Shown here piece after piece: positions 7,922-17,556 of a DNA stretch of 64,000 nucleotides (its first letter is position 1; the number at the start of each line of letters is the position of its first letter). The notes below the pieces were generated by a model, which did no database searches, was not told where the DNA came from, and saw only the letters and a list, made by a program, of their open reading frames with translations. The stretch is from Patescibacteria group bacterium (lineage in GTDB: Bacteria > Patescibacteriota > Patescibacteriia > UBA10025 > JBIOWE01), in NCBI GenBank assembly GCA_044868145.1, contig JBIOWE010000006.1, positions 218,835 through 282,834 of the forward strand. The letters run 5' to 3'. The position numbers were made by a program, and so were the translations under genes.

Positions 7922-9728
7922 ATGATATGCGATGTTTTATTATGATACGTTGGACCGCATCTTCCGGCGGCTTGCTGCCTTGTTGACTAATTCCGCCCGA
8001 GCGGAGAGGAGTGGAAAATAGATACCCGGGATACCAAATGCCTGTGTGTCCATGCTCAAGCATCGTCAGCCAGAGGTCCCAATCCTGCAGACGTTTGAGG
8101 GACGGATCAAATCCTGGGAAATGTTCTTTTCGAATCAGTGACATAGTGCTGATATAGTTTTCGCGACGCAAACGATCAGGGTCGAATTCAAAAAGCGAAA
8201 ACGTGCGCCATCCGAAACGAAAGTTAGCGTAACAATATGAGGCGTCCGCATGGGTTTCGAGCGTTTTGACCATTGTGTCGATGGCGCGCGGATGCAGCAC
8301 AACGTCCGCATCGCAAAAGAACAGATATTTCCCTTTTGCCGTCGCTGCACCCGCGTTGCGCGCGGCTGAAGAGCCGGCATTGCTTTGCTGTATCACCGTG
8401 AGGTTTGAAAATGATCGTAGGATGTCAATTGTCCGGTCGGTTGAACCGTCGTTTACAGCTATAATATCGATATGCGAGTACGATTGTGCTTGAATTGATT
8501 GTAAGGTCCTTCGAATAGTAGATTCGGCTTGGTAGCACGGAATGATAACAGACACTAGAGGTTTTTTAGCAAGCCCCAGCGCAGCGAGCATCGGTTGAGA
8601 GGTTACATCCCAGGAAAATTTCTTCACGCGTTCTCGACCCTGCTCACCAAGCCGATGGGCGTACCTTTCATCTGACAACAGCGATACGATTTTTTTTGCT
8701 ATATCGTGCTCATCCTCCGGATTCACAAGCAGACCAGATTCGCCATCGCTAATGGCTTCCGGTATCCCCCCACTGCGCCCGCCGATCACCGGTTTCGCAA
8801 ACGTATTTGCATCCAGGAATACGATGCCGAACCCTTCAAAGTCCTTGATTGTTCCATTGCTGATTGTGCGCGATGGAATAATGAATGCATCGCTTATTTC
8901 GTACAGAGGCCCGAGATCCTCAGACGACACATAGTCCAAGAATTCAACACGTTCACTTATCCGCAGTTCATTGACGATGCGTAGTAAGGGGCCGCGTTCT
9001 GGACCGCGTCCAACAATGAGATACAAAAGATTTGGTATTTTTGTAATAACAAGTGGAAGGGCGCGCAATACCATATCATGGCCCTTTCGTTTTTCAAGCC
9101 GAGAAACCGAGAGGAGTACTCTCTTTCCAAGCGCGCCGTATTGTTTCCTCGCTTCATCAACTTTGGCTTGGAGGACATCAGTCTGTAATTTGGAAGGTCC
9201 TGGATATACCACGATCGTTTTGGCCTGAGCAATCCCCCATTGTTGCACTTCTGTCGCTGTGTAGTTGCTTGCGCAAAATATCCAGTCCGCATTGTGGAGT
9301 ATCCGGCGCATCAGCCAAGCTTTTCTACCGGAGCTTCGCGGCAGTGTTACATCCGTGCCATACGCAAAAACGCTATATGGAATACCAAAAAATAGTTTCA
9401 ATGCGTAGGCAATCGTTCCGACTGGCATGGTTTGACCCGCCAATATATATGTGGTTCCGAGTTGACGCACAAGCCGTGCGGACGTAAAAAAGCCCACGAG
9501 CCATTTCGGCCAAATCGGGAAGTTTGACTTGATTAAGGCACGATGGTAAACGTTTTGCGCGTCGGGATTGCTGGTTTGATGGTTCTGTTGCCGTTCAGTT
9601 ACCACATGAACCGTAGATGTTTTCCTTAATTGCTCGACAGTTCGCTCAAGAAATTGAGCAACTCCGCCCACCTGCGGCGGGTAGTCTAGCGTGATGAGCA
9701 AAATATGTTCAGCCGAGTTTACACCCAT
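7920..9728 (-). CDS. Fused glycosyltransferase: GT4 (GT-B) N-terminal plus GT2 (GT-A) C-terminal
   Basis: DYPPQVGGVA, VSRLEKRKGHD, EGFGIVFLDA (GT4); VSVIIPCYQ, VNDGSTD, FCDAD, QDWDLWL (GT2). Confidence 0.9.
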   Translation of the reverse strand: MGVNSAEHILLITLDYPPQVGGVAQFLERTVEQLRKTSTVHVVTERQQNHQTSNPDAQNVYHRALIKSNFPIWPKWLVGFFTSARLVRQLGTTYILAGQTMPVGTIAYALKLFFGIPYSVFAYGTDVTLPRSSGRKAWLMRRILHNADWIFCASNYTATEVQQWGIAQAKTIVVYPGPSKLQTDVLQAKVDEARKQYGALGKRVLLSVSRLEKRKGHDMVLRALPLVITKIPNLLYLIVGRGPERGPLLRIVNELRISERVEFLDYVSSEDLGPLYEISDAFIIPSRTISNGTIKDFEGFGIVFLDANTFAKPVIGGRSGGIPEAISDGESGLLVNPEDEHDIAKKIVSLLSDERYAHRLGEQGRERVKKFSWDVTSQPMLAALGLAKKPLVSVIIPCYQAESTIRRTLQSIQAQSYSHIDIIAVNDGSTDRTIDILRSFSNLTVIQQSNAGSSAARNAGAATAKGKYLFFCDADVVLHPRAIDTMVKTLETHADASYCYANFRFGWRTFSLFEFDPDRLRRENYISTMSLIRKEHFPGFDPSLKRLQDWDLWLTMLEHGHTGIWYPGYLFSTPLRSGGISQQGSKPPEDAVQRIIIKHRIS

Positions 9729-11194
9729 TTTTTACGCAGGACAGCAACGAGAAGCGATCGTACGTCTTCTTTTGTAAAACCGCGAATCGCGTATAATGTC
9801 ACGAAATAGAAGATTACGCCGATGCCAATAAGAAGCGCTACATGGAAGCTGTTTCTTAAAAGAAAAAGTCCGATTGCCATAACTGCGCTGACGCCGACAG
9901 TTTTTCCAAGCGTAATAAAAAGCGTTTTCCTATTATACGGTGCGATTTTGCCGATCCAGCGTAGCCCAAGGAAAAAAAGCAAAACGCCGCTTACCAGCGC
10001 AGCGATTGCCGCGCCCGTAAACGTGTAGCGAGGGATAAGAAGAAAGTTCAGGGTAATATTTACCAGTACGGTAATGCCAATATTTATCGTATTAATAACT
10101 TGACGGTTTGTTGCATACAGCATTGTCCCGACCGGAAAATTCAAAAAAATTACCGTTAATCCCGCAATAAGAATCCGTAACGGAATGATTGATGTGCTAA
10201 AGTCTGGTCCGTAGAGTGTAAGAATAATGGAATCCGCAAGTGCGAATATTCCAAAGGAGATGGGAACCGCGATGATCATTAAGTAGTACATCGCACGTTC
10301 AAACGTTTTGCCCAGTGCTTGTTTATTCGTGACAAAAAACGCGCTCATCGCTGGATAGAGTGCTGCGGCAAACGCAGAAGGGATAAACTCAAGGGCATAG
10401 GTTAATTTGTGCGCTGTAACGTACCAGCCGACGTACCGTTGGCCGGCAAGAGCTAAAAGCGTGAACCGATCGGTGAAGGTATAAATTTTAGTAAAAATAG
10501 CTGCGATGGCAAACGGGATTGCATATCGAAGGAACGTTTTAATGGTCTGCTTGTTCCATGAGAGACCGGGTACAATGTGTAATTTCAGCCGCAGCATCGT
10601 AATCGAATAGATGAAATTAAAGATGCTGCCGCACACAATGGCGAGGAATAGCGCGCGGAGGCCAAAGTGCAGAGTGAGCGCGCCGATGCCCGCGATCATC
10701 GTAATGAGCATGTTGATAATCATTCCAATCGCTTCGTACTTCAGATTCTGTAGGCCGCGGAAAACTGCATAAAAAGTTAAGGAAAAAGTATCAAGTGCCA
10801 CGACGAGCCCCGCAGTGTAGATGATGGATTTTGCCACGTTGGTGTACCCTGAGAAGTTCGTGAAAATTCCTAGAGCGGTGAGAATGATGAGAGTGAAAAT
10901 TATCTTTACTCCGAGAACGTTGTTTAAATATTCCGAAGTACGGGTTGGTGAACGGGCAATTTCGCGTACCAGTACCGCGCTCAAGCTAAAATCAATGAGA
11001 ATGAGCAGTATGGGGATTATTGATTTAACGGGGTCATAGAGCCCAAGGTCTGTTGGCCCAATTGTACGGGCAACAACGATAAAATAAAAAAAGGAGAGAA
11101 TTTTTTGCACGACAAAAGCTACCGTGAGGTAGCTTGTATTGCGCAGGATGCGCTCCTGACCGTTTGGTTCTGATTGTTGCTGAGGTTGATCCAT
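9719..11194 (-). CDS. Wzx/MOP-family polysaccharide flippase
   Basis: About 14 hydrophobic segments; RILRNTSY, DFSLSAVLVREIAR, VGWYVTAHKL motifs; likely ATG at 11194. Confidence 0.85.
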   Translation of the reverse strand: MDQPQQQSEPNGQERILRNTSYLTVAFVVQKILSFFYFIVVARTIGPTDLGLYDPVKSIIPILLILIDFSLSAVLVREIARSPTRTSEYLNNVLGVKIIFTLIILTALGIFTNFSGYTNVAKSIIYTAGLVVALDTFSLTFYAVFRGLQNLKYEAIGMIINMLITMIAGIGALTLHFGLRALFLAIVCGSIFNFIYSITMLRLKLHIVPGLSWNKQTIKTFLRYAIPFAIAAIFTKIYTFTDRFTLLALAGQRYVGWYVTAHKLTYALEFIPSAFAAALYPAMSAFFVTNKQALGKTFERAMYYLMIIAVPISFGIFALADSIILTLYGPDFSTSIIPLRILIAGLTVIFLNFPVGTMLYATNRQVINTINIGITVLVNITLNFLLIPRYTFTGAAIAALVSGVLLFFLGLRWIGKIAPYNRKTLFITLGKTVGVSAVMAIGLFLLRNSFHVALLIGIGVIFYFVTLYAIRGFTKEDVRSLLVAVLRKKWV

Positions 11195-11205
11195 CAGAAA
11201 GCGTT

Positions 11206-11730
11206 TTACCGCTTTTGCCATTGTGGAGCGCGACGTGCTCCCTTTAGTCCATATTTTTTTCGTTCTTTCATGCGAGCGTCGCGCGTCAAATATCCAGACT
11301 GCCTGAGAATCGGGCGAAGCGCAGGATTGATAGTAATAAGGGCGCGCGCGATACCGTGCCTCGTGCTCTCCGCTTGCCCGCGTACCCCTCCCCCTTCAAC
11401 GCGTATAGTAAACCGGCCTGTCCCCGCGAGGTTGGTCACTTCCAAAGGCGAGCGGACGATGGTCTGAAATTCCTCTTGAGGGAAATACTGCCGGTAGTCT
11501 TTTTCATTCACGATAATCTCGCCTTTACCCTCTTCGTAAAAGCGAACCCGCGCTCGAGAGGTCTTACGCTTGCCAATGCCATAGATGAACTCGCCGGTCT
11601 TCGCATGAGCTGTCTTTTTTTCAACGACAGGAGTTGGAATCTCAATAGGTGCCGGTTGTTTGGGCAGTTTTTCCTTTTTTTCAATGCGTTTCCTTTGGGA
11701 GCTTGTTTTCTTTTGGATCTTTTTCGGCAT
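11206..11730 (-). CDS. rpsI: 30S ribosomal protein S9 (Lys-rich N-terminal extension)
   Basis: GKRKTSRARV, GGGVRGQA, ERKKYGLKGARRAPQWQKR. Confidence 0.97.
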   Translation of the reverse strand: MPKKIQKKTSSQRKRIEKKEKLPKQPAPIEIPTPVVEKKTAHAKTGEFIYGIGKRKTSRARVRFYEEGKGEIIVNEKDYRQYFPQEEFQTIVRSPLEVTNLAGTGRFTIRVEGGGVRGQAESTRHGIARALITINPALRPILRQSGYLTRDARMKERKKYGLKGARRAPQWQKR

Positions 11731-11735
11731 ATATT

Positions 11736-12119
11736 TTATTCGCGAATTTCCAGTTGTCGAATCATTTCCTTTCGGAGTTTATTTTTGGGCAACATGCCCA
11801 TAACGGCTTTGTGAAGCGCAGCCGTAGGCTTCACGCGGAGTAATTCTCCTAACGTGATCGATTTGAGGCCGCCTGGATGATGCGTATGGTGCCTATACAC
11901 TTTTTGTTGCGGCTTTTTTCCGGTAATACGTATTTGCCTAGCGTTCGTTACGACTATTTTTTTTGCATCAAGTCGCCAGGGGCGGTAGCTTGGCGAATTT
12001 TTTCCGCGTAAAAGAAAGGCAACACGTGAGGCAATCCTGCCCAATGAAATGCCGCGGGCGTCAAGTACTACCGGTTCAACAATTGGTTTACTTGTTTTCT
12101 TTGGTTTTTGGTTCTGCAT
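11736..12119 (-). CDS. rplM: 50S ribosomal protein L13
   Basis: LDARGISLGRIASRVAFLLRGKN, HHTHHPGGLK, AVMGMLPKNKL; ATG at 12119. Confidence 0.95.
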   Translation of the reverse strand: MQNQKPKKTSKPIVEPVVLDARGISLGRIASRVAFLLRGKNSPSYRPWRLDAKKIVVTNARQIRITGKKPQQKVYRHHTHHPGGLKSITLGELLRVKPTAALHKAVMGMLPKNKLRKEMIRQLEIRE

Positions 12120-12471
12120 ATGGCATAAGCTCGAGGAGCGCGAGCGATGAACCGTCGGAGCGCGTTTGACCGAGACGAATGAGACGCGTGTATCCGCCTT
12201 TTCGATCTTTATAGTGATGGGCAAGGTCACGCACTATTTTGTTAGCTATATCTCGGTTCTTGAGGCGTTGGGTAACAAGTCGCCTCGAGGCTTCCGTGTT
12301 CGTTTTGCTCCGGTGGATTAGTTGTTCGATAAGAGGTTTAACCGTTTTTGCTTTGGCGAGCGTGGTTTTGACGTGTCCATGTTGAAAAAACGAAATTGCC
12401 AGGTTAAGGAGCAACGCATTTCGATGCGCGCGATCACGATCGAGTATTTTCTTATTTTTTCGGTGTCTCAT
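12088..12471 (-). CDS. rplQ: 50S ribosomal protein L17
   Basis: MRHRK..HRNALLLNL, TTLAKAK, RKGGYTRLIRLG; ATG at 12471. Confidence 0.95.
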   Translation of the reverse strand: MRHRKNKKILDRDRAHRNALLLNLAISFFQHGHVKTTLAKAKTVKPLIEQLIHRSKTNTEASRRLVTQRLKNRDIANKIVRDLAHHYKDRKGGYTRLIRLGQTRSDGSSLALLELMPYAEPKTKENK

Positions 12472-13240
12472 CTTTTTCTTGCGACTTCTTTTCTTTCGTT
12501 TCCTTCTTCTTTGGTTTCTCTTCCGCCTTTTTCCCTTCTTTTTCTTTTTGTTCGGTTTTCTGTTCGGCAATGAACCTGAACTGTTCAACGAGTAAGCCAG
12601 CTGCGATTCGTATCGCTTCCGCTGGGGCGATTGATCCATCCGTTGTGAGGTTCATCTTGAGGCGATCATAGTTCGTCATTTTTCCGACACGCACGTTTTC
12701 TACTTCATAGTTGACGTTACGAACTGGCGTAAATATAGCATCGATGCCGATAGTGCCCAATTCAAGCTGGCCGCGCTCCATACTCTCTACAGGTCGATAT
12801 CCCCTGCCATACTCCAGGAACAGTTCCATGGAGAGTTCTGCAGTTTTGTCGGTTAATACAGCAATGGGCGCTTCCGGGTTAACTATCTCGACTTCGCTAG
12901 TAAGTTTAATGTCCTTGCCCGTGATATTTTTCTCACCTTTCGCTTTTAGGTGTACTTGCGCCTGTTCAACGCCATGTAGTTTGAACCGTAGTTGTTTCAC
13001 GTTTAATATAATATCCACAACATCTTCTTTGACGTGTGGTACGGTCGTGAATTCGTGTGTTGCTCCTCTGATTTTGATAGCTGTTACAGCTGTGCCAGGT
13101 AAAGAAGAAAGGAGGATCCGACGAAGTGCATTGCCAATTGTTGTGCCATACCCCGGGAAGCACGGCTCTAAAGTGATGATTGCTTGATTCTCACCAACTG
13201 ATTGAAGTTCGAATTTAGTGGGGAGCAATATATCTTCCAT
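12452..13240 (-). CDS. rpoA: RNA polymerase alpha subunit (NTD only, Lys/Glu tail)
   Basis: EPCFPGYGTTIGNALRRILLSSLPG, HEFTTVPHVKEDV, YEVENVRVG, TDGSIAP. Confidence 0.97.
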   Translation of the reverse strand: MEDILLPTKFELQSVGENQAIITLEPCFPGYGTTIGNALRRILLSSLPGTAVTAIKIRGATHEFTTVPHVKEDVVDIILNVKQLRFKLHGVEQAQVHLKAKGEKNITGKDIKLTSEVEIVNPEAPIAVLTDKTAELSMELFLEYGRGYRPVESMERGQLELGTIGIDAIFTPVRNVNYEVENVRVGKMTNYDRLKMNLTTDGSIAPAEAIRIAAGLLVEQFRFIAEQKTEQKEKEGKKAEEKPKKKETKEKKSQEKDETPKK

Positions 13241-13269
13241 ATACTTTATCAAATATTAATCGTAAAATG

Positions 13270-13653
13270 TTAGACTCGTCGAATTTTTCGCGGGCGCGGG
13301 CCGTTGTGCGGTATTGGTGTTAGATCTTTGATCGCCAAAATGTTCATGCCATTTGCATGGAGGGCTCGCACCGCCGATTCTCGGCCAGATCCCACCCCTT
13401 TCACAAAGACATCAACGCTACGCAGGCCGGTTTCGCGTGTCCGGTCCAACGCATCCCGGACGATCACACTGGCGGCGTATGGTGTTGATTTCTTCGGTCC
13501 TTTAAAGCCAACCTTGCCCGCAGACGACCAGCCAAGCACATTACCCGACTGGTCCGTAATGGTTACAATGGTGTTATTATATGATGCCTGAATATACACG
13601 CGGCCTTGAGTGACCGTCGCTTTCTTTTTCTTTTTGATTGGTTTCGCGTCCAT
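13270..13653 (-). CDS. rpsK: 30S ribosomal protein S11
   Basis: ASYNNTIVTITD, KKSTPYAA, TPIPHNGPRP. Confidence 0.98.
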   Translation of the reverse strand: MDAKPIKKKKKATVTQGRVYIQASYNNTIVTITDQSGNVLGWSSAGKVGFKGPKKSTPYAASVIVRDALDRTRETGLRSVDVFVKGVGSGRESAVRALHANGMNILAIKDLTPIPHNGPRPRKIRRV

Positions 13654-13658
13654 ATGTG

Positions 13659-14051
13659 TTAGGTTTTCTCTGCAGTTGGCTTACGACCTGAGCCCATTGT
13701 TTTTCTCACATTGCCCCGGACCGTTCGCGAGTTCGTTTTTGTTCGTTGACCTCGGACCGGAAGGTTCTTCGCATGGCGAGAACCTCGATACGCGCCGATT
13801 TCTTGAAGGCGTCGAATATTTATAAGGCGGTTTCGCTTCAGCTCGCCCTCGACTTTGTAATTTTTTTCAATGATAGTTCTCAGTTTTCCAACCTCGTCTT
13901 CTTTCAGGTCACCTGTTTTTTTCCTTGCATCAATGCCAGCCTCTTCAAGAATTTTTACCGCAAGCGGGCGACCAATGCCATAGATTAATGGTAAGGCGTA
14001 TCCGATTTGTTTTTTTTGTGGGAGTGTGACTCCTGCAATACGTGCTAGCAT
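13659..14051 (-). CDS. rpsM: 30S ribosomal protein S13
   Basis: ARIAGVTLP, IYGIG, LPVRGQRTKTNSRT. Confidence 0.98.
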   Translation of the reverse strand: MLARIAGVTLPQKKQIGYALPLIYGIGRPLAVKILEEAGIDARKKTGDLKEDEVGKLRTIIEKNYKVEGELKRNRLINIRRLQEIGAYRGSRHAKNLPVRGQRTKTNSRTVRGNVRKTMGSGRKPTAEKT

Positions 14052-14056
14052 GGATG

Positions 14057-14170
14057 TTATCCTTGTCGTTGCTTATGCTTTGGATTCGTGCAAATAATAA
14101 ATAAACGTCGTTTGCGCCGAACAACTTTGCAATTTTTGCAGATTCGTTTTACCGATGAACGAACTTTCAT
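14057..14170 (-). CDS. rpmJ: 50S ribosomal protein L36 (not in the ORF track)
   Basis: Translated by hand: [37 protein letters not shown]; Zn-ribbon type. Confidence 0.97.
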   Translation of the reverse strand: MKVRSSVKRICKNCKVVRRKRRLFIICTNPKHKQRQG

Positions 14171-14175
14171 TGACG

Positions 14176-14442
14176 TTAATGTCGAAAAATAATCCTGCCT
14201 TTTGTAAGGTCATACGTGGACATTTCAAGAGTCACTTTGTCCCCTGGCAAAATACGAATTTTGTTCACTCTCATTCTACCGGACAAATATGCGAGAACCT
14301 CAAGGTTATTTTCAAGCTTTACTTTAAACATCGCGGATGGCAATAATTCTTCAACGGTGCCAACCAGTTGCAAAAATTCTTTTTTGCTTGTTGGAGCAGT
14401 GCGTTCTCGCTTCTCTCGATTTGTCGAGTTTTTTCTTCTCAT
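14176..14442 (-). CDS. infA: Translation initiation factor IF-1
   Basis: [46 protein letters not shown]. Confidence 0.97.
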   Translation of the reverse strand: MRRKNSTNREKRERTAPTSKKEFLQLVGTVEELLPSAMFKVKLENNLEVLAYLSGRMRVNKIRILPGDKVTLEMSTYDLTKGRIIFRH

Positions 14443-14549
14443 GCACGGCTAAATAAAAAATTCTTGTATAGGCAAGAATTTTGTTTATTATTAGCCAAGT
14501 TCTTGCCCAAAGTCGTGTGGAACCGTAGTGAATAGTTGTTTTCGAACGG

Positions 14550-14578
14550 ATTATACCAGCCAGCTTTTTCAACGTCAA
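14550..14578 (-). promoter_or_regulatory. Promoter of the infA-rpsI operon
   Basis: Minus strand TTGACG-17 bp-TATAAT with extended -10 TG. Confidence 0.75.
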
Positions 14579-14585
14579 GCTATAC

Positions 14586-16400
14586 TTATTCCACGACCGC
14601 TTTTATTCTTCGAATCCCGCTTCCCGATGATGATTCGGAAACGATCTTCAAAACACCGATTTCGCCAGTTCGCTTCACGTGCGGCCCGCCGCAAATTTCT
14701 TTTGAATAGTTACCAACCGAATAGACAGTGACCGTTTCCGGGTACTTTTCCTTGAAAAACGCGAGTGCACCCTTTCGCATAGCATCATCATAGCTCATCT
14801 GTTCCGAGCGTACTTCAAGGTTCTCGCGGATTTTTTGATTCACGATGTTCTCAATCTTGCGTTTTTGATCATCAGTGAGCTTAGCGTTATGGCGGAAATC
14901 AAAGCGCAATCGTTCAGGTGTGATATCTGACCCTTCTTGGCGAACGATCGGTCCGAGCATATCGCGGAGCGCTTGTTGCAGTAAATGAGTTGCGGTATGC
15001 AACTTCGTCACCTGCACCCGGTCTTTCTCGGGTAACGTCGAATCCAGGAGCCCGTGGCCGCCAAATTTCTTTTCGGACCCAACGCGGGAAATTTGTTTAT
15101 GTTTTTCAATGAGTTTATTAAATTCATATTCATCAAACTCAAACCCTTCGCGCTTTAGCTTATCAGATGATATTCCATAGGACGTGTATAATTGAAAAGC
15201 TTCAGACGCAGAGAGAGTTCTACCCGAAGGTTCGGGTGCGGAGATAGTCGAATCCTTTTTTTCCTTTCGGAGTTTTCGTAGGGCATCGACAACAGAAGTC
15301 TTTAAGACTTTTTGGTAGTTTTCCAGTTCCTGATCAAAAAGCTCCTTAATCCTGGGAGATCGTTCTTTTAAGTATGGCACGAACGGAGCGTACACAGTCG
15401 CGATAATGTCGACAAGATTATCAAATCTCAGATGTGGTAAGGAATACTGGTCGGCAGCACGACGAAAGAGCCTGCGTAAGATATAGCCCTGGTCTTTGTT
15501 ACTAAAAAAGGCCCCGTCAAAAGCTAGAAATATACAGGCTTTTATGTGATCCGCCACAATTCGACTCCGTACAATATCTTCGGGCCCGCCGGTCAGACCG
15601 AACGACTTGTCGACTTGTATGGCTTTAATGATCGGTGCGAAAAGATCGGTTTGGTAGACATTCGATTTCTTTTGCACGATAAGGGCTAATCGTTCAAGCC
15701 CCATCCCTGTGTCAATATTTTTTGCAGGCAGGAGTTTTAATTTTCCCGATTCGGTCATGTGGTACTGCGTAAAAACTAAATTCCACACCTCAAGAAATCG
15801 TTTGCATGAGCAATTCGGTATGCACTGATCGCCTTTTTCGCATGGAGTTCCACGCATATCATAATGAATCTCCGAGCAAGGCCCGCAGGGTCCACTTTTA
15901 CCAACAGGTCCCCACCAATTATCCAATTTTCCGAAACCATACAGTCTTTCTTTGGGCAAAAAACGAAGCCATAGAGATTTTGCTTCTTCATCCTGGGGGA
16001 TTTCCTTGTCCCCTTTGAAATACGTAGCAAAGAGGTGACGCTTATCAATTTTCATTTTTTTCGTAACGAATTCCCATGCCCATTCGATTGCCTCTCTCTT
16101 GAAATAATCGCCGAATGAAAACGAACCGAGCATTTCAAAGAAGGTGTTATGGGATTCGTCGCCGACTTGATCAATGTCGGAGGTTCGGATACATCGCTGA
16201 ATCGATACGACCCGGCGTGAATGGAAAACCTCCATAGGGTTTTTTTCTCCGGAAAAATATTGTTTAAATTGTTGCATGCCCGCAGTCGTAAAGAGTACAG
16301 ACGGGTCGTCGGACGGCAACAGCGAAGCGGATTCAACATAAACATGCTTTTTCTTTTGGAAAAAGCCAATGAACTCGTTCCTCATTTTTCCTGATGTCAT
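14586..16400 (-). CDS. alaS: Alanine--tRNA ligase (short form lacking C-Ala)
   Basis: LFTTAGMQQFK, HNTFFEMLG, GPCGPCSEI, IDTGMGLERL, HTATHLL, EICGGPHV. Confidence 0.96.
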   Translation of the reverse strand: MTSGKMRNEFIGFFQKKKHVYVESASLLPSDDPSVLFTTAGMQQFKQYFSGEKNPMEVFHSRRVVSIQRCIRTSDIDQVGDESHNTFFEMLGSFSFGDYFKREAIEWAWEFVTKKMKIDKRHLFATYFKGDKEIPQDEEAKSLWLRFLPKERLYGFGKLDNWWGPVGKSGPCGPCSEIHYDMRGTPCEKGDQCIPNCSCKRFLEVWNLVFTQYHMTESGKLKLLPAKNIDTGMGLERLALIVQKKSNVYQTDLFAPIIKAIQVDKSFGLTGGPEDIVRSRIVADHIKACIFLAFDGAFFSNKDQGYILRRLFRRAADQYSLPHLRFDNLVDIIATVYAPFVPYLKERSPRIKELFDQELENYQKVLKTSVVDALRKLRKEKKDSTISAPEPSGRTLSASEAFQLYTSYGISSDKLKREGFEFDEYEFNKLIEKHKQISRVGSEKKFGGHGLLDSTLPEKDRVQVTKLHTATHLLQQALRDMLGPIVRQEGSDITPERLRFDFRHNAKLTDDQKRKIENIVNQKIRENLEVRSEQMSYDDAMRKGALAFFKEKYPETVTVYSVGNYSKEICGGPHVKRTGEIGVLKIVSESSSGSGIRRIKAVVE

Positions 16401-17491
16401 CACAGAGCTTGGGTAATTGTTCCTCCGCCGAGCACCTCGTCGTTTTGGTAAAATACAATGGCTTGCCCCGGCGTAATTGCGCGTTGTGGATCACGGAAAT
16501 GCACCAACATGGGCTGATGGCTAACTTGATTCAGAGTTGCCTCCATAAGCTTTTGTCGATAGCGAATTCTTGTTTGGCAGCGAAACGGCAGTCTTGGAGC
16601 TTGGTTAACCCAGTGAACGTTTGCAACAGTTAGACCCTTATGATAGAGTTGCTTGTTTGCAGGCCCGAGAGCGACGGTGAGAGTGTTTGTGGCCATATTC
16701 TTTTCAACGACGTAGTAAGGCCTTCCCGCAGCAATGCCAATGCCTTGGCGTTGCCCGATGGTGTAGAATGCGAGCCCTTGGTGCGTCCCAATCGTCTCGC
16801 CCTCCGTTGTTATAACAGGGCCTTTGAATTCTTCAATACGTTCCGAAAGAAATTTCCTTAGCTTAACCTTGCCGATGAAGCAGATACCCTGGCTATCTTT
16901 TTTATCAGCAACGTGTAGCTGCGCTTCTTTTGCGATGCGGCGAACTTCGGATTTTTGCAATGAACCTACGGGAAACAGGATGTGCTGCAATTGTTGCTGC
17001 GACAGCGCATAGAGAAAGTACGACTGATCTTTTTCAGGGTCCGTTCCAGCGAGTAAATGATACGACAAGCCATTATGTTCGTCCTTTGCTTTGGTTATGC
17101 AAGCATAATGACCCGTCGCAATATACGATATGCCCATTTGATGGGCGCGCTCCAGGAATTTTTTGAATTTTATTTCTTTATTGCAAAGAATATCTGGGTT
17201 TGGGGTTTCGCCTGATGCGTAACCTTGAAAAAATGGTTCCAAAACACTTTTTTCATATTCGCGTTCAAAGTTAAAAGTAAAGGCCGGAATACCTATTCGT
17301 TTGCATACGCGACGCATATCTCGCAACTCTTGTTCGACATTACAATCCTCCATATACGGGTCAGACCAGTTGATCATAAAGGCACCAGCGACTTTATAGC
17401 CCTGGCGTTTAAGCAAATACGCGGCAACTGCAGAGTCAACTCCTCCGCTCATTGCGACGAGCACATTTAGATCTTCAATGCTTTCGGCCAT
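16400..17491 (-). CDS. mnmA: tRNA 2-thiouridine(34) synthase
   Basis: AMSGGVDSAV, TPNPDILCN, ATGHYA, KDQSYFL, DSQGICFIG, ITPGQ. Confidence 0.97.
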   Translation of the reverse strand: MAESIEDLNVLVAMSGGVDSAVAAYLLKRQGYKVAGAFMINWSDPYMEDCNVEQELRDMRRVCKRIGIPAFTFNFEREYEKSVLEPFFQGYASGETPNPDILCNKEIKFKKFLERAHQMGISYIATGHYACITKAKDEHNGLSYHLLAGTDPEKDQSYFLYALSQQQLQHILFPVGSLQKSEVRRIAKEAQLHVADKKDSQGICFIGKVKLRKFLSERIEEFKGPVITTEGETIGTHQGLAFYTIGQRQGIGIAAGRPYYVVEKNMATNTLTVALGPANKQLYHKGLTVANVHWVNQAPRLPFRCQTRIRYRQKLMEATLNQVSHQPMLVHFRDPQRAITPGQAIVFYQNDEVLGGGTITQAL

Positions 17492-17556
17492 ATAGATACT
17501 GTATTGTAACGCATTATTTGTAAATCAAAAAGAGCCATCCTGCTACGCGGTGTCGC

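Noticed and set aside
12472-12639. Arg/Lys-rich N-terminal extension on L17 in the ORF track, and similar extensions on rplM, speB, pdaD and 6515
   Set aside because: Artefact of taking the most upstream start; these stretches overlap the preceding gene or leader, and better starts lie downstream.
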